Positions 40,743-50,683 of a DNA stretch of 64,000 bases are shown here, one piece after another. This stretch comes from Roseibacillus sp. (lineage in GTDB: Bacteria; Verrucomicrobiota; Verrucomicrobiia; Verrucomicrobiales; Akkermansiaceae): positions 256,001-320,000 of the forward strand of contig CBDEUM010000014.1 of assembly GCA_965242925.1 (NCBI GenBank), given 5' to 3'. The first letter of the stretch is position 1. Every line of letters starts with the position of its first letter. Both the position numbers and the translations under genes were made by a program. The notes below the pieces were generated by a model. It had not been told where the DNA came from and did no database searches. It was given only the letters and a program-made list of their open reading frames with translations.

Positions 40743-40770
40743 TTGAGGCCGCGCTCCGTGGCGTTATACT
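40743..40770 (+). promoter_or_regulatory. Possible sigma70-type promoter for the OmpA-family gene
   Basis: TTGAGG-N16-TATACT ending 12 nt before ATG 40783. Confidence 0.4.
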
Positions 40771-40782
40771 GAACAGGACCGC

Positions 40783-42060
40783 ATGAGTATCGATTCACGT
40801 TATACTTGGGATTCCGCCCGCATGGGAGCTGGCCGCTACCAGGGTTCCCGCCGCCGGAAATTCGGCTTCTGGGTCCTGCTCGCGGTGAGTGCGGCGGTGC
40901 TAATCCATGCGGTTGGGCTCTGGGCCCTTGGTCGCTTTAATCTCCTGTTCGAACTGGCTGACTTCGAATGGACTTCCCAGACCTTCCAGGTGGGCGAAAT
41001 CGAGGAACTGCCCGAAGAGGTTGTGGCGCCCGTGGCTGAAAACGAAACAATCGAGCCGCCGAAGGAGGCGGAAGATCTCCTCACCGAGATCGAAGAGCTC
41101 ATCCCTGAACTTGACGACACCGAGATCGATATCGTCCCCGACCTGGAAAAACCCAAGGTGGCGCTCGAGCCACTCAAGCCGGCAAAGATCGGGGAGGAGA
41201 ACGGTCAACTCCTCGAACCGCTCAAGGCTCCGGAGGTGCAGGCCAACCTTGCGGAACTCGGACGTAATGAACCAATATTCACCGAAGTCCCCGAAGGCCG
41301 GGTGATCATCGAGGAAGGCAGCATCTCCGCCGATATCCCCGATCCCGATTCCTTCCTCAAGGACGCTGCGGTCCGTGGTGCAAACGGACTGGAAGAAAAC
41401 GGTCTGATGAAGGGCTACACCGAGTTAGGCCGCTACCTCAACTTCGATGTCGACCAGCTCGACAAGGGCCGGGCCGCACTCCCGAGTGACCTCCTCTTCG
41501 AGTTCAACAGGGCCGAACTCCGGCAAAATGCCAGGCTCGGTCTCATGAAGCTCGGCATGCTCATTGACCGCAACCCGGAAATGTACTGCATCCTGGAGGG
41601 ACACTCGGATCTCTTCGGCACTGATTCCTACAACCTTGAACTCTCACACAAACGCGCACAGGCTGTGAAGAACTGGCTGGTCAGTTCCCTTGGTCTCGAC
41701 AGCACCCACATCATCGTCCGTGCCTACGGCCGCTCCAAGCCAAAGGTCCAGGAAGGCGACCAGGACCAGCAGGCCATCAACCGGCGCGTCGACATTCTCA
41801 TGCGTAAGCAGATCCCCCCTGAGGAGGTCGTCCCGGTGCGGGTCACTCCGAGAGTGCGGCCTCCTGTCGCTGTCCCGCCGAAGGCCCTGCCCGTCCCCGA
41901 GGAGCCCCCAGCCCCTCCGCCGGCACCGGCCCAACCAGTGCCGGAAGAACCGCCACCGCGGGCCATCCCGGTGGAGGAGGAAATCCCTCCGCGTGCCGTT
42001 CCGATTCCCGAACGCATCCCCCCGCCTCAACCGGTCGAGCAGATCAGGGACGCTCCGTAA
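40783..42060 (+). CDS. OmpA-family peptidoglycan-binding protein with TM anchor, acidic linker and Pro-rich tail
   Basis: TM near N-terminus; LLFEFN.AEL, EGHSD..G...YN..LS..RA.AV, NRRVDI. Confidence 0.88.
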   Translation: MSIDSRYTWDSARMGAGRYQGSRRRKFGFWVLLAVSAAVLIHAVGLWALGRFNLLFELADFEWTSQTFQVGEIEELPEEVVAPVAENETIEPPKEAEDLLTEIEELIPELDDTEIDIVPDLEKPKVALEPLKPAKIGEENGQLLEPLKAPEVQANLAELGRNEPIFTEVPEGRVIIEEGSISADIPDPDSFLKDAAVRGANGLEENGLMKGYTELGRYLNFDVDQLDKGRAALPSDLLFEFNRAELRQNARLGLMKLGMLIDRNPEMYCILEGHSDLFGTDSYNLELSHKRAQAVKNWLVSSLGLDSTHIIVRAYGRSKPKVQEGDQDQQAINRRVDILMRKQIPPEEVVPVRVTPRVRPPVAVPPKALPVPEEPPAPPPAPAQPVPEEPPPRAIPVEEEIPPRAVPIPERIPPPQPVEQIRDAP

Positions 42061-42090
42061 GCCCCGGCGGGGTTCATCCCTTTCCTCGCC

Positions 42091-42797
42091 CTACTCCTCC
42101 TCAGAAACGTCAGGTTCAGCCTCAGGTTCAGCCTCAGGTGCCTCAGGTTCAGCCTCAGGTTCAGCCTCAGGTTCAGCCTCAGGTTCAGCCTCAGGTTCAG
42201 CCTCAGGTGCCTCAGGTTCAGCCTCAGGTGCCGCCTCGCCTCAGGTGCCGCCTCTCCTGCGGAAGCCCCTTCCGGCTCCAGCCGGGGCTCCGGATCAATT
42301 CCGAGCACGATGCGCCCGTCGTTGGCCAACATGTCGGTCAGGGCATCCCATCCGCCGGGCCGCTGGAGGTTGAAGAGATACAAATAGAGGGAAACAACCT
42401 TGGGATTGAAGTCGGCATAGAGCCCGTCAACCGTCTCCTTGAGCTTGGTGGCATCCATCTCGGCCGGGAGTTCGCCCTCCACCGAACCCTCTCCATTGTG
42501 ATTGATCCCCATTCCATCGCAGAACCCGATGAGAAGGGGTTGCTGGAACTTCATGAACCAGACCTGCAGGAGATGCTCCCCGATCGTGTCGCTACCACGC
42601 AGCTTCAGCGTCTTGTGCATCCAGGCGATCTGCTCCACCACCGGCTTTTTCTGGATGAAGACCGGCCGCAACTTGCGCGACTGGGCCAAGCTGGCCAAGG
42701 CGCTCTTGTAGACCTCGCGTTCCTCTTCGCGGAAGGTGGTGAAGAGTTCCGCCACGATGGCGGGTGCGACTTGTTTGAAGAGCTCGTGCGGTTTCAC
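42091..42797 (-). CDS. Hypothetical protein with acidic EAEP tail; apparent frameshift near 42236-42240
   Basis: GTG 42797; frame shifts inside the repeat; the restored frame reads (EAEP)n-DVSEEE-TAG at 42091. Confidence 0.7.
42110..42252. repeat. Coding tandem repeat, TCAGGTTCAGCC x8 plus 9-mer and 12-mer variants
   Basis: Directly visible; encodes EAEP/EAP/EAAP on the minus strand. Confidence 0.97.
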
Positions 42798-42912
42798 GTG
42801 ATTGGTGGGACGGTTATCCGCTCTCAACCGGCAAGGGTCAAGGCTCGGGGAAGGGCGACTGGCGCACCGACCCTGAGCCTCGGCCAGATCCCTCCCGGTA
42901 TTACGGTCATCA

Positions 42913-43722
42913 TCATGCTGGATCTCCCCGCCCAGTCCCCGAAGCAGTCAGCGCGAGATAGGACTGCACCTCCTCACCCGGAACGTTGGCCCGCATGAGA
43001 GCCTCGCCCACCAGAATGGCATTGGCGCCCGCATCGAGCACTCGCTGGGCATCGCCCACGCTCCTGATCCCGGACTCCGAAACGACGGTAACGTGGTCCG
43101 GGGCCTCCTCGATCAGCCGCTCGGTGACAACCAGGTCGGTCTGGAATGTCTTCAGGTTGCGGTTGTTGATCCCGATAAGGTCCGCTCCCAGATCGATGGC
43201 CCGTTCCATCTCGGGCAGATCGTGCACCTCCACCAGGACATCCAGCTGCAGGTCGCGGGCGGTGTGGTAGAACCTGTGCAAATCCTCGTCACAAAGACAG
43301 GCCACGATGAGCAGGATGGCGTCTGCTCCCGCGATGACCGCCTCGTAGATCTGCGCCTCGTGAACAGTGAAGTCCTTGCGCAGGAGCGGAACAGGGGACT
43401 CCTTCGAAATCTCGGTGAGATACGTGAGAGAGCCTTGGAAATACTTCTTATCGGTGAGGATCGACATGCAGGACGCTCCACCGTCGACATACATGCGCGC
43501 CTGCCGGAGAGGATCGAAGTTCGGGTCGATCACGCCGGCCGAAGGGGAGGCCTTCTTCACTTCGGCTATTACGCCGAGCTGATCGGATCCTCGATCCAAA
43601 GCGGTCCGGAATCCCCTGAACTCGTTCCGTTGCAACGCCTGTGCCTTCAGCTTGGCCGCGAGCGAAACGAGAGGCTCCACCTCGATACGTTTGTGGGCGG
43701 TGATTTCCTCAAGCTTGTTCAT
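42913..43722 (-). CDS. trpC: Indole-3-glycerol phosphate synthase
   Basis: VIAEVKKASPSAG, SILTD..YFQGS, LLRKDF, LVEVH, IGINNRNL, VSESGI. Confidence 0.97.
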   Translation of the reverse strand: MNKLEEITAHKRIEVEPLVSLAAKLKAQALQRNEFRGFRTALDRGSDQLGVIAEVKKASPSAGVIDPNFDPLRQARMYVDGGASCMSILTDKKYFQGSLTYLTEISKESPVPLLRKDFTVHEAQIYEAVIAGADAILLIVACLCDEDLHRFYHTARDLQLDVLVEVHDLPEMERAIDLGADLIGINNRNLKTFQTDLVVTERLIEEAPDHVTVVSESGIRSVGDAQRVLDAGANAILVGEALMRANVPGEEVQSYLALTASGTGRGDPA

Positions 43723-43860
43723 GCCGCGGGAGGGGTTTAACCGGGAATCCCCCCCGAAGGATACGAGTTTTTTCCGTGTCGGAACCCCGCAAGCCCTTCT
43801 CCGGGAGCGAAAAAGGGCTTGCGGGCCGGACCCGGGGGTGTATCTAGGCGCCCCATGGAT

Positions 43861-43935
43861 GCGGGTGTAGCTCAGTGGTAGAGCGTCACCTTGCCAAGGT
43901 GAATGTCGACGGTTCGAATCCGTTCACCCGCTCCA
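43861..43935 (+). tRNA. tRNA-Gly (GCC)
   Basis: Cloverleaf: GCGGGTG/CACCCGC acceptor, GCTC/GAGC D arm, TCACC-TTGCCAA-GGTGA anticodon arm, TTCGAAT T loop, encoded CCA. Confidence 0.98.
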
Positions 43936-43940
43936 CCCAA

Positions 43941-43981
43941 CCAGCCGGGACAGGGAAACCTCTCCCGGTTGACTTGTTTTT
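43941..43981 (+). terminator. Rho-independent terminator after tRNA-Gly
   Basis: CAGCCGGGACAGG-GAAA-CCTCTCCCGGTTG hairpin followed by ACTTGTTTTT. Confidence 0.7.
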
Positions 43982-44101
43982 GGGACCGGGCTGCGGAAGA
44001 ACCACAACCGAAAGGGCAGAAGCTCCAAGGCGGAGGAGGTTGTGAGCTTGCCTCAAGCCCCCCCGTCTCGCCATATTGCAAATCTTCAGCACCCAAACCC
44101 C

Positions 44102-47100
44102 ATGACTCGCTCCCTTCCTCTCCTGGGCACGCTTCTTTCTGGCGCGGCCCTCCTCTTCTCATCCCTTCCCTCGGATGGCGCTCTTCCACGGATCGAACTT
44201 TTCTCCGCTAACCAGCTCTCTGTCCCATCCGGCACCAGCGTGAGCCTGGAATGGATCGTGACTGACGCCGAATCCCTCAGTCTTGACGGAGTGGATGTCA
44301 CCGCCATCACCACCCTGGCCGTCAGCCCCCTCATCTCCACCACCTATACCCTGACCGCCACCAATGTGGAGGGATCGGTGGAGGCCGGACTGGAGGTAAA
44401 CGTTCTCAATGCGCCTCGCGTGATCGGGGCGGAAGCACGCTTCATCGAGGTGATAAAGAACGACCCGGACAATACCCGCCTGCATCTTTCGGAGATGGAG
44501 GTCTTCCGCATCGGGGTCTCGCCCGATGAAGCGGATGAGGACGGAACCAGCAGCAATAACCTGGTGCAGGACGGCACCCCTTCGGTTGTCCCCGCCCACA
44601 CCACCACCCTCCTCGATCACGGAGATCCCACCGGCGTCTTCGACGGAGATCTCGAGCGGAGCAATGCGGTCTGGTCCACCCGCCACGTAGCCGGAACGCT
44701 TGCCCGCTACATGCTCGACCTGGGCCGCACGGAGTCCATCGGCCTTGTCCGCCTGTTCGGACGGGAAGACGCGTGCTGTCTGGAGCGCCTGGAGGATGTC
44801 GCCGTCAATCTTTACTCTGACAATGAAGGGAGCCCGGGCGAAATCGTGAGTAGCGGGGCGTTCCCGGGAACCGCTCCGGCAGGTGAGGCCGGGCACATCG
44901 AACTGGATCTCTCCCTGCCCGATCCGGGCATCAGCGGCTTTACGGTCGACAGGAGTTTCATCCCTCCGGACGCACCAGTCACTCTCTCCTGGTCGGTCAA
45001 CTCCAGCATCACCACCGTGACCATCGATCAGGGCGTGGGCGACGTCACGGCCCGGACCGTGAACGGGGAAGGCAGCATCACCCTTGAGACAGGACCAGGA
45101 ACCACTACTGTTTACTCATTGAACGTCGAATGGCCCAACGGCACGAGCGAGGCCAGCCTGGCGGTAGAGGTTTCGACCCTTCCCCTCATCTACAACTTTA
45201 CCGCCGACCAGAGCCTGGTTGCACCGGGAACTTCCGTCTCCCTCAACTGGGATGTCGTCAATGCCACCACCCTCACCCTCGATGGCATCGACGTTACCGC
45301 AAGGCAGGGAGTGGATTTCTCCCCCGACGAAACCGCTACCTACACGCTGACCGCCAGCAACGCCCGTGGCAGCGAATCGCAGGACATCCGCATCGCCGTG
45401 GTTGCCCCCGGGGAACCGCTCATCACCGAGTTCATGGCCGACAACAAGAGTGTCCAGATCGATGAAGATAACGAACATTCCGACTGGATTGAAATCTGCA
45501 ACCCCACCGGGCAACCCTCCTCACTGGACGGCTACTACCTCACCGACGACCCGAACAACCTGACGATGTGGCGCTTCCCCGGCGTCACCCTCGCACCCGG
45601 CGGCTATCTCCTCGTCTTCGCCTCCGGAAACAATCGTGCGGTGGCGGGCAGTGAACTGCACACGAACTTCAATCTCGACCGCGATGGTGAATATCTCGCC
45701 CTCGTCAAGCCGGATGGCACCACCATCCTCAACGAGTTCGCTCCCTATCCGGTCCAACGCCCGGACGTCTCCTATGGATTCGACGCCGGGGCCCTGCGGG
45801 AGGGCTACTTTACCTCCACCAGCCCGGGCACAACCAACGAAGAGGGTTTTACCGGCTTCGTGGCGGACACTGCCTTCTCCATCGATCGCGGGTTCTTCGA
45901 CAATCCCATCGAAGTGGCGGTCACGAGTGCCACCGAGGGAGCCGTCATCCGTTACACCATCGATGGATCCAGGCCCTCCAGCCGCACCGGACTGGTCTAC
46001 ACCGGACCGGTCTCGATCGAAGCCACCACCGTCCTGCGCGCCGCCGCATTCAAACCGGGACTGGTTCCCACCAACGTGGATACTCAAACCTACATCTTCC
46101 CGGCCGACGTCGTGGCCCTGCGCAGTATGAATGCCAACATTACGGAGAACCCGGTCTATGGCCCCCAGATGCATGACGCCCTGAAGGCAGTGCCCTCCAT
46201 CTCGCTTGTCTTTCCCGGAGACGTGGATCGCACCGAGAAACAGGCTTCCGTGGAGTTCATCAACTTCGAAGCCGGCAGCACCCAGATGGACATCGGCATG
46301 AAGCGTTACGGCAACTATTATACCGATTTCACAAAGCGCAGCATCCGGCTGAATTTCCGCTCCCAGTATGGACCGGCCAAACTACGGTTCCCCGTCTTCG
46401 ATGGCCACGATTACCAGACGATACCCCCGGCCGACCAGTTCGACAGCATGGATCTGCGTTCCGGCAATCACGACATGCAGTCCCGGGGCGCCTACATGTC
46501 CAACCGATTCACCGACGACACCATGCTCGCCATGGGCAATATCGCTCCCCACGGGCGATTCGTACACGTCTACCTGAACGGACAGTACTGGGGTCAGTAT
46601 CACCTCCGGGAGCGCTGGAACGCGGCCATGTTTTCTGAGTACTTCGGTGGAGCCAGGGAAAATTACGAGGCCATCAATGCCAACAACACCGGTGGGGATT
46701 TCCTCCCCGGCATCGTCTATAACGGAACCGGCCGCTTCTGGAACCAGGCCCAGGCCCTCGTCAACCGGCCCACCACCTTCCACGCAACCCGCCGCTACAT
46801 CGACATCCCCAACATCATCGACTTCATGATCCTGTGGGCCAGCGGCAACAGCGAGTCCGAGTTTCGTGCCGCCGGAGCGGTGCAGTTGGCGGTCCCTTTC
46901 AAGTTCTTCCTCAAGGACGCGGACGGCTGGTTGCGGGGGGCCTCCAACTCCATCCACCACCAGGGCCCCCTCAATCTCATGACCCGCCTCCGGCAGGAAG
47001 CCCACCCCGATTATGAGATGCTGCTGGCCGACCGCATCCACAAGCACTTCTTCAACGACGGAGCCCTCACCCCCGGGAACTGTATCAGTCGGCTGCAGGC

Positions 47101-48439
47101 CCGGGTTGACGAGATCGAAGTCAGCTTTCTGGCCGAGTCAGCCCGCTGGAACATGCAGACTCCCGCCTCCTGGAAAAGCTACCAGACCAACCTCATGCGG
47201 AGTAGCCTGCGCCGCCTTTCCCGCGATATGGTCGCGAGGTACAGAGCCGCAGGACTCTATCCCGACATCACCGCTCCCACATTCTCCCCATTTGGCGGAG
47301 ATCTCCCCGATCGCCAGATCCGCATCAGTGCACCATCCGGGGAAATATACTATACTGCCGACGGAACCGATCCGCGGGCTCCGGGGGGTGCAGTTTCAGA
47401 CACCGCTCAACTCTATGAGAGCACCATCACCCTCGATGAGATTGCCACTGTGCGCACCCGTGCCCTCGAGAACGGCGAATGGTCAGCCCTCAATGAGGCA
47501 CTTTTCGTCCCGGAACAGAATTACGGCAATCTCGTGGTGTCGGAACTGATGTACAATCCCGGACCGGCCTCCGCCGCGGAGATCTCGGCCGGCTTCGATG
47601 ACAGTGAGGACTTCGAGTTCCTCGAGATGTTCAATGCCGGAACAAGCACCGTCAATCTTGAGGGTCTTCGCTTCGTGGAGGGTATCGAATTCGATTTCAG
47701 TGCCGGCGACATCACCACTCTGGAGGCCGGGGAACGGCTTCTCCTCGTGGAAAACCGCGCCGCCTTTGAGTTCCGCTATGGCGCCGGTCGGCCCATCGCA
47801 GGACAGTACTCGGGTCAGCTGAAGGACGAAGGGGAAACCATGCAACTCGTCAATCCCATCGAAGAGCCCATCCTTCACTTCACCTACGATAACCAGCCCC
47901 CCTGGTCCACCCGGGCAGACGGCCGGGGACCCTCCCTCGTCCTGATTGATCCTCCCTCGCTCCCGGATCATGACCGGCCCACCAGCTGGCAGGCCGGAGC
48001 TCCGGGCGGCACCCCTGGAATGCAGAACGAGTACCCCCTCTCCTACCAGACCTGGGCTGCCCAACTGGGCATCACCGATCCCGATGGAGACCCCGACTCC
48101 GACGGCTTCAGCAGTCTGCTTGAGTTCAACCTTCTGGGGAATCCCTTCCAGCCTACCGCCATGGATCAGGCAATCCACGTGGAGGTGTCCACCCTGGATC
48201 TGGGCGCGGGACCACAGGACTATCTCACTCTCGCGGTCCGTCACCGCGTGACCAGCAACGAAATCTCCCTCATCCCCGAGCTTTCTGAAGACCTCGTCAA
48301 CTGGAATGACGGCCCGGGGGCGGTCCTGCATGCCCGGACCTTCCACGAGGACAACTCGGCCACCTCAATCTACCGCAGCCCCAATCCCCTCGCCGGCAAC
48401 ACAAAGGGCTACCTTCGAGTTCGCTTCCAGCTCCCGTAA
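44102..48439 (+). CDS. Large secreted protein: Ig-like repeats, two lamin-tail domains, chitobiase-C-like domains, CotH-kinase-like core
   Basis: Signal peptide; ITEFMADN...SDWIE, IRYTIDGS.P, RFVHVYLNGQYWG.Y.L.ER, IYYTADGTDPR, SELMYNP...EFLE. Confidence 0.88.
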   Translation: MTRSLPLLGTLLSGAALLFSSLPSDGALPRIELFSANQLSVPSGTSVSLEWIVTDAESLSLDGVDVTAITTLAVSPLISTTYTLTATNVEGSVEAGLEVNVLNAPRVIGAEARFIEVIKNDPDNTRLHLSEMEVFRIGVSPDEADEDGTSSNNLVQDGTPSVVPAHTTTLLDHGDPTGVFDGDLERSNAVWSTRHVAGTLARYMLDLGRTESIGLVRLFGREDACCLERLEDVAVNLYSDNEGSPGEIVSSGAFPGTAPAGEAGHIELDLSLPDPGISGFTVDRSFIPPDAPVTLSWSVNSSITTVTIDQGVGDVTARTVNGEGSITLETGPGTTTVYSLNVEWPNGTSEASLAVEVSTLPLIYNFTADQSLVAPGTSVSLNWDVVNATTLTLDGIDVTARQGVDFSPDETATYTLTASNARGSESQDIRIAVVAPGEPLITEFMADNKSVQIDEDNEHSDWIEICNPTGQPSSLDGYYLTDDPNNLTMWRFPGVTLAPGGYLLVFASGNNRAVAGSELHTNFNLDRDGEYLALVKPDGTTILNEFAPYPVQRPDVSYGFDAGALREGYFTSTSPGTTNEEGFTGFVADTAFSIDRGFFDNPIEVAVTSATEGAVIRYTIDGSRPSSRTGLVYTGPVSIEATTVLRAAAFKPGLVPTNVDTQTYIFPADVVALRSMNANITENPVYGPQMHDALKAVPSISLVFPGDVDRTEKQASVEFINFEAGSTQMDIGMKRYGNYYTDFTKRSIRLNFRSQYGPAKLRFPVFDGHDYQTIPPADQFDSMDLRSGNHDMQSRGAYMSNRFTDDTMLAMGNIAPHGRFVHVYLNGQYWGQYHLRERWNAAMFSEYFGGARENYEAINANNTGGDFLPGIVYNGTGRFWNQAQALVNRPTTFHATRRYIDIPNIIDFMILWASGNSESEFRAAGAVQLAVPFKFFLKDADGWLRGASNSIHHQGPLNLMTRLRQEAHPDYEMLLADRIHKHFFNDGALTPGNCISRLQARVDEIEVSFLAESARWNMQTPASWKSYQTNLMRSSLRRLSRDMVARYRAAGLYPDITAPTFSPFGGDLPDRQIRISAPSGEIYYTADGTDPRAPGGAVSDTAQLYESTITLDEIATVRTRALENGEWSALNEALFVPEQNYGNLVVSELMYNPGPASAAEISAGFDDSEDFEFLEMFNAGTSTVNLEGLRFVEGIEFDFSAGDITTLEAGERLLLVENRAAFEFRYGAGRPIAGQYSGQLKDEGETMQLVNPIEEPILHFTYDNQPPWSTRADGRGPSLVLIDPPSLPDHDRPTSWQAGAPGGTPGMQNEYPLSYQTWAAQLGITDPDGDPDSDGFSSLLEFNLLGNPFQPTAMDQAIHVEVSTLDLGAGPQDYLTLAVRHRVTSNEISLIPELSEDLVNWNDGPGAVLHARTFHEDNSATSIYRSPNPLAGNTKGYLRVRFQLP

Positions 48440-48557
48440 GCAGACCTGCCCGTGCACATCGACCCGGAAGGGCCCTCTTTCCGGGACCCCGGTGCCTGAC
48501 AAGAACCAAGATGAGAGTTACCAGTGATCGGGTTATTGGTTATCATGGCAAAGCGCT

Positions 48558-48593
48558 TTCGCGTTGATTCGCGTTGATTCGCGTTGATTCGCG
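48558..48593. repeat. Tandem decamer TTCGCGTTGA x3.6
   Basis: Directly visible in the intergenic region upstream of rimO. Confidence 0.95.
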
Positions 48594-48656
48594 ACAGATC
48601 ACGGCTTAGATCCCCTCTCCCTGTCGATGACAGATAACCAGTAATCCCCCCCGAAG

Positions 48657-50051
48657 TTGCCCACCCAAGTCGGTCTTATCTCCCTTGGCTGCGCCAAGAA
48701 CCTGATCGATTCCGAAATCATGATCGGACACCTCCAGGAGGAGGGCATGATCATGACTCCGGAACCGGATCTTGCCGATGTCCTCATCGTGAACACCTGC
48801 TCCTTCATCGACGTGGCCAAGGAAGAGTCCGTGCAGACCATCATCAAGGCCGTCAACTCCCGGCAGCAGGATCCCGCCCGCGAAAAGCAGAAGATCATCG
48901 TGGCAGGATGCCTCTCGCAGCGCTTCAACGTCTCCCGGAACGAGGACGAACGCCTGCCAGGACTTCTTCCCGAAGTGGATGCCTTTATCGGGCTCGACCA
49001 GGTCACGCAGGTGGGGCCCATTGTGCGCAAGGTTCTCGACCGGTCGCTGGGCGACGAGGCGCTCGACGCTGTCACCACAAAACCCCGCTTCATTCCCGAC
49101 TACACCACCCCACGCTTCCGCCTCACCCCCGGCCACATGGCCTACGTCAAGATCGCGGAAGGCTGCAACCATACCTGTTCCTTCTGCATTATTCCCACCA
49201 TCCGCGGACAACATCGCTCCCGCACCCAGGAATCGGTGGTCCGCGAGGCGGAGAGCCTGGTGCAGGCGGGAGTGAAGGAACTCAACCTCATCTCCCAGGA
49301 CACCACCTACTTCGGAATGGACCGCTGGGAGGGCCCCGGCCGGCGGGCCAGGCCGACCTCGGGTGTTGATTCCTCCCGCGGGGAATCGCTTGCCTCCCTG
49401 CTGCGGGATCTCAACGGGATCGAAGGCGACTTCTGGGTGCGGCTCCTCTACACCCACCCCGCCCACTGGTCCGACGAGTTGATCGAAACCATCGCCACCT
49501 GTGAAAAGGTCGCCAACTACGTCGACATCCCGCTCCAGCATATCAGTGATCACATGCTGGACACCATGAACCGGAAGACCGATGGCCGCTACATCCGCGA
49601 CCTGCTGGGGAGAATGCGGCAGGGAATCCCGGATCTCGCCATCCGCACCACCTTTATCACCGGCTTCCCCGGCGAAACCAGGGAAGACCATGACGAGTTG
49701 CTTGAATTTATCCGCACCTTTCAGTTCGAGCGTTGTGGAATCTTCTCCTATTCACGCGAGGAAGGCACCCGGGCCCACGAGTTCGGCTCCCACCTCCACC
49801 ACATGACCATCAAGGCCCGCCACCGCGAACTCACCAGTGCGATCGACGAGGTTGCGGGGAGCGCAAACCGGAAACAGGTAGGATCGATCCGGAAGGTCCT
49901 GGTGGAGGAAGAGGGAATCGCCCGCTCGGAATGGGACGCTGCAGATATCGACGGCCGCGTCTTCGTCCCCACCGATCTGCCTGTCGGAGAATTCGCGGAG
50001 GTCAGGATTACGGACCATCGCGGTTACGATCTCATTGCCACCACGGCCTGA
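48657..50051 (+). CDS. rimO: Ribosomal protein S12 methylthiotransferase
   Basis: SLGCAKN.IDSE, VNTCSFI..AKEES, AYVKIAEGCNHTCSFCIIP, RTTFITGFPGET, IDG.V. Confidence 0.96.
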   Translation: MPTQVGLISLGCAKNLIDSEIMIGHLQEEGMIMTPEPDLADVLIVNTCSFIDVAKEESVQTIIKAVNSRQQDPAREKQKIIVAGCLSQRFNVSRNEDERLPGLLPEVDAFIGLDQVTQVGPIVRKVLDRSLGDEALDAVTTKPRFIPDYTTPRFRLTPGHMAYVKIAEGCNHTCSFCIIPTIRGQHRSRTQESVVREAESLVQAGVKELNLISQDTTYFGMDRWEGPGRRARPTSGVDSSRGESLASLLRDLNGIEGDFWVRLLYTHPAHWSDELIETIATCEKVANYVDIPLQHISDHMLDTMNRKTDGRYIRDLLGRMRQGIPDLAIRTTFITGFPGETREDHDELLEFIRTFQFERCGIFSYSREEGTRAHEFGSHLHHMTIKARHRELTSAIDEVAGSANRKQVGSIRKVLVEEEGIARSEWDAADIDGRVFVPTDLPVGEFAEVRITDHRGYDLIATTA

Positions 50052-50528
50052 ATGAGCCCTCCCGTGATGTCCAAACCAGCGCTGATCCGCCAGATTCGTT
50101 CCCTGCTCGAGGAACAACTCTCCATCACGGTGGCGGCCGCTGAAGACGCCAAGGAAAATGCAACCGGCGACGAAACCAAGTCGGACGGAAAATACGACAC
50201 GCGAGCAATCGAAGCGGCCTATCTTGCCGGCGCTCAGGCCAAGCAGGCGGAGAAACTTGCCGAATCTGTCCGACTCCTGACCGTTTTTGACCCCGCGCCC
50301 TACGGCGAGAGTGATGGAATCGGAGTCGGGGCGCTCGTCGAAACTGAACACGAGGGCAACATCATCTTCTATTTCCTCGCCCCTGCAGGTGGCGGCCACA
50401 CCGTCGAATATAATGGCTTTTACTGTACCGTCCTGACTCCGGAGTCGCCGCTCTATCAGGATCTCCTGGGATCTCACGCAGGCGAACTGCTGGAGGATTC
50501 CTCGATTATGATCCTGGAAGTGAGCTGA
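50052..50528 (+). CDS. GreA/GreB-family elongation-factor-like protein
   Basis: AT..ETK..GKYDTRAIEAAYLA.AQ coiled coil; GALV, FLAPAGGG, VLTP.SPL...LLG. Confidence 0.8.
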   Translation: MSPPVMSKPALIRQIRSLLEEQLSITVAAAEDAKENATGDETKSDGKYDTRAIEAAYLAGAQAKQAEKLAESVRLLTVFDPAPYGESDGIGVGALVETEHEGNIIFYFLAPAGGGHTVEYNGFYCTVLTPESPLYQDLLGSHAGELLEDSSIMILEVS

Positions 50529-50683
50529 GGAATTGAACCCGGAAGCACCACTTTCCCGGCCGAATGGAGAATCACCAAAATCTCCTGCCAGTCAGCAGAA
50601 ACGGTCCCGGGCTTTCACATGCCTCTTATCCCAATCCTGAATTCCTCTTGCTTATATAGACCGGATCTCCCTTGGTTTCCCTC

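Noticed and set aside
42110..42252. CRISPR-like array
   Set aside because: Contiguous 9-12-nt units without spacers, coding, and no cas genes
43861..48650. Genomic island integrated at tRNA-Gly
   Set aside because: No integrase and no duplicated tRNA 3' end seen downstream
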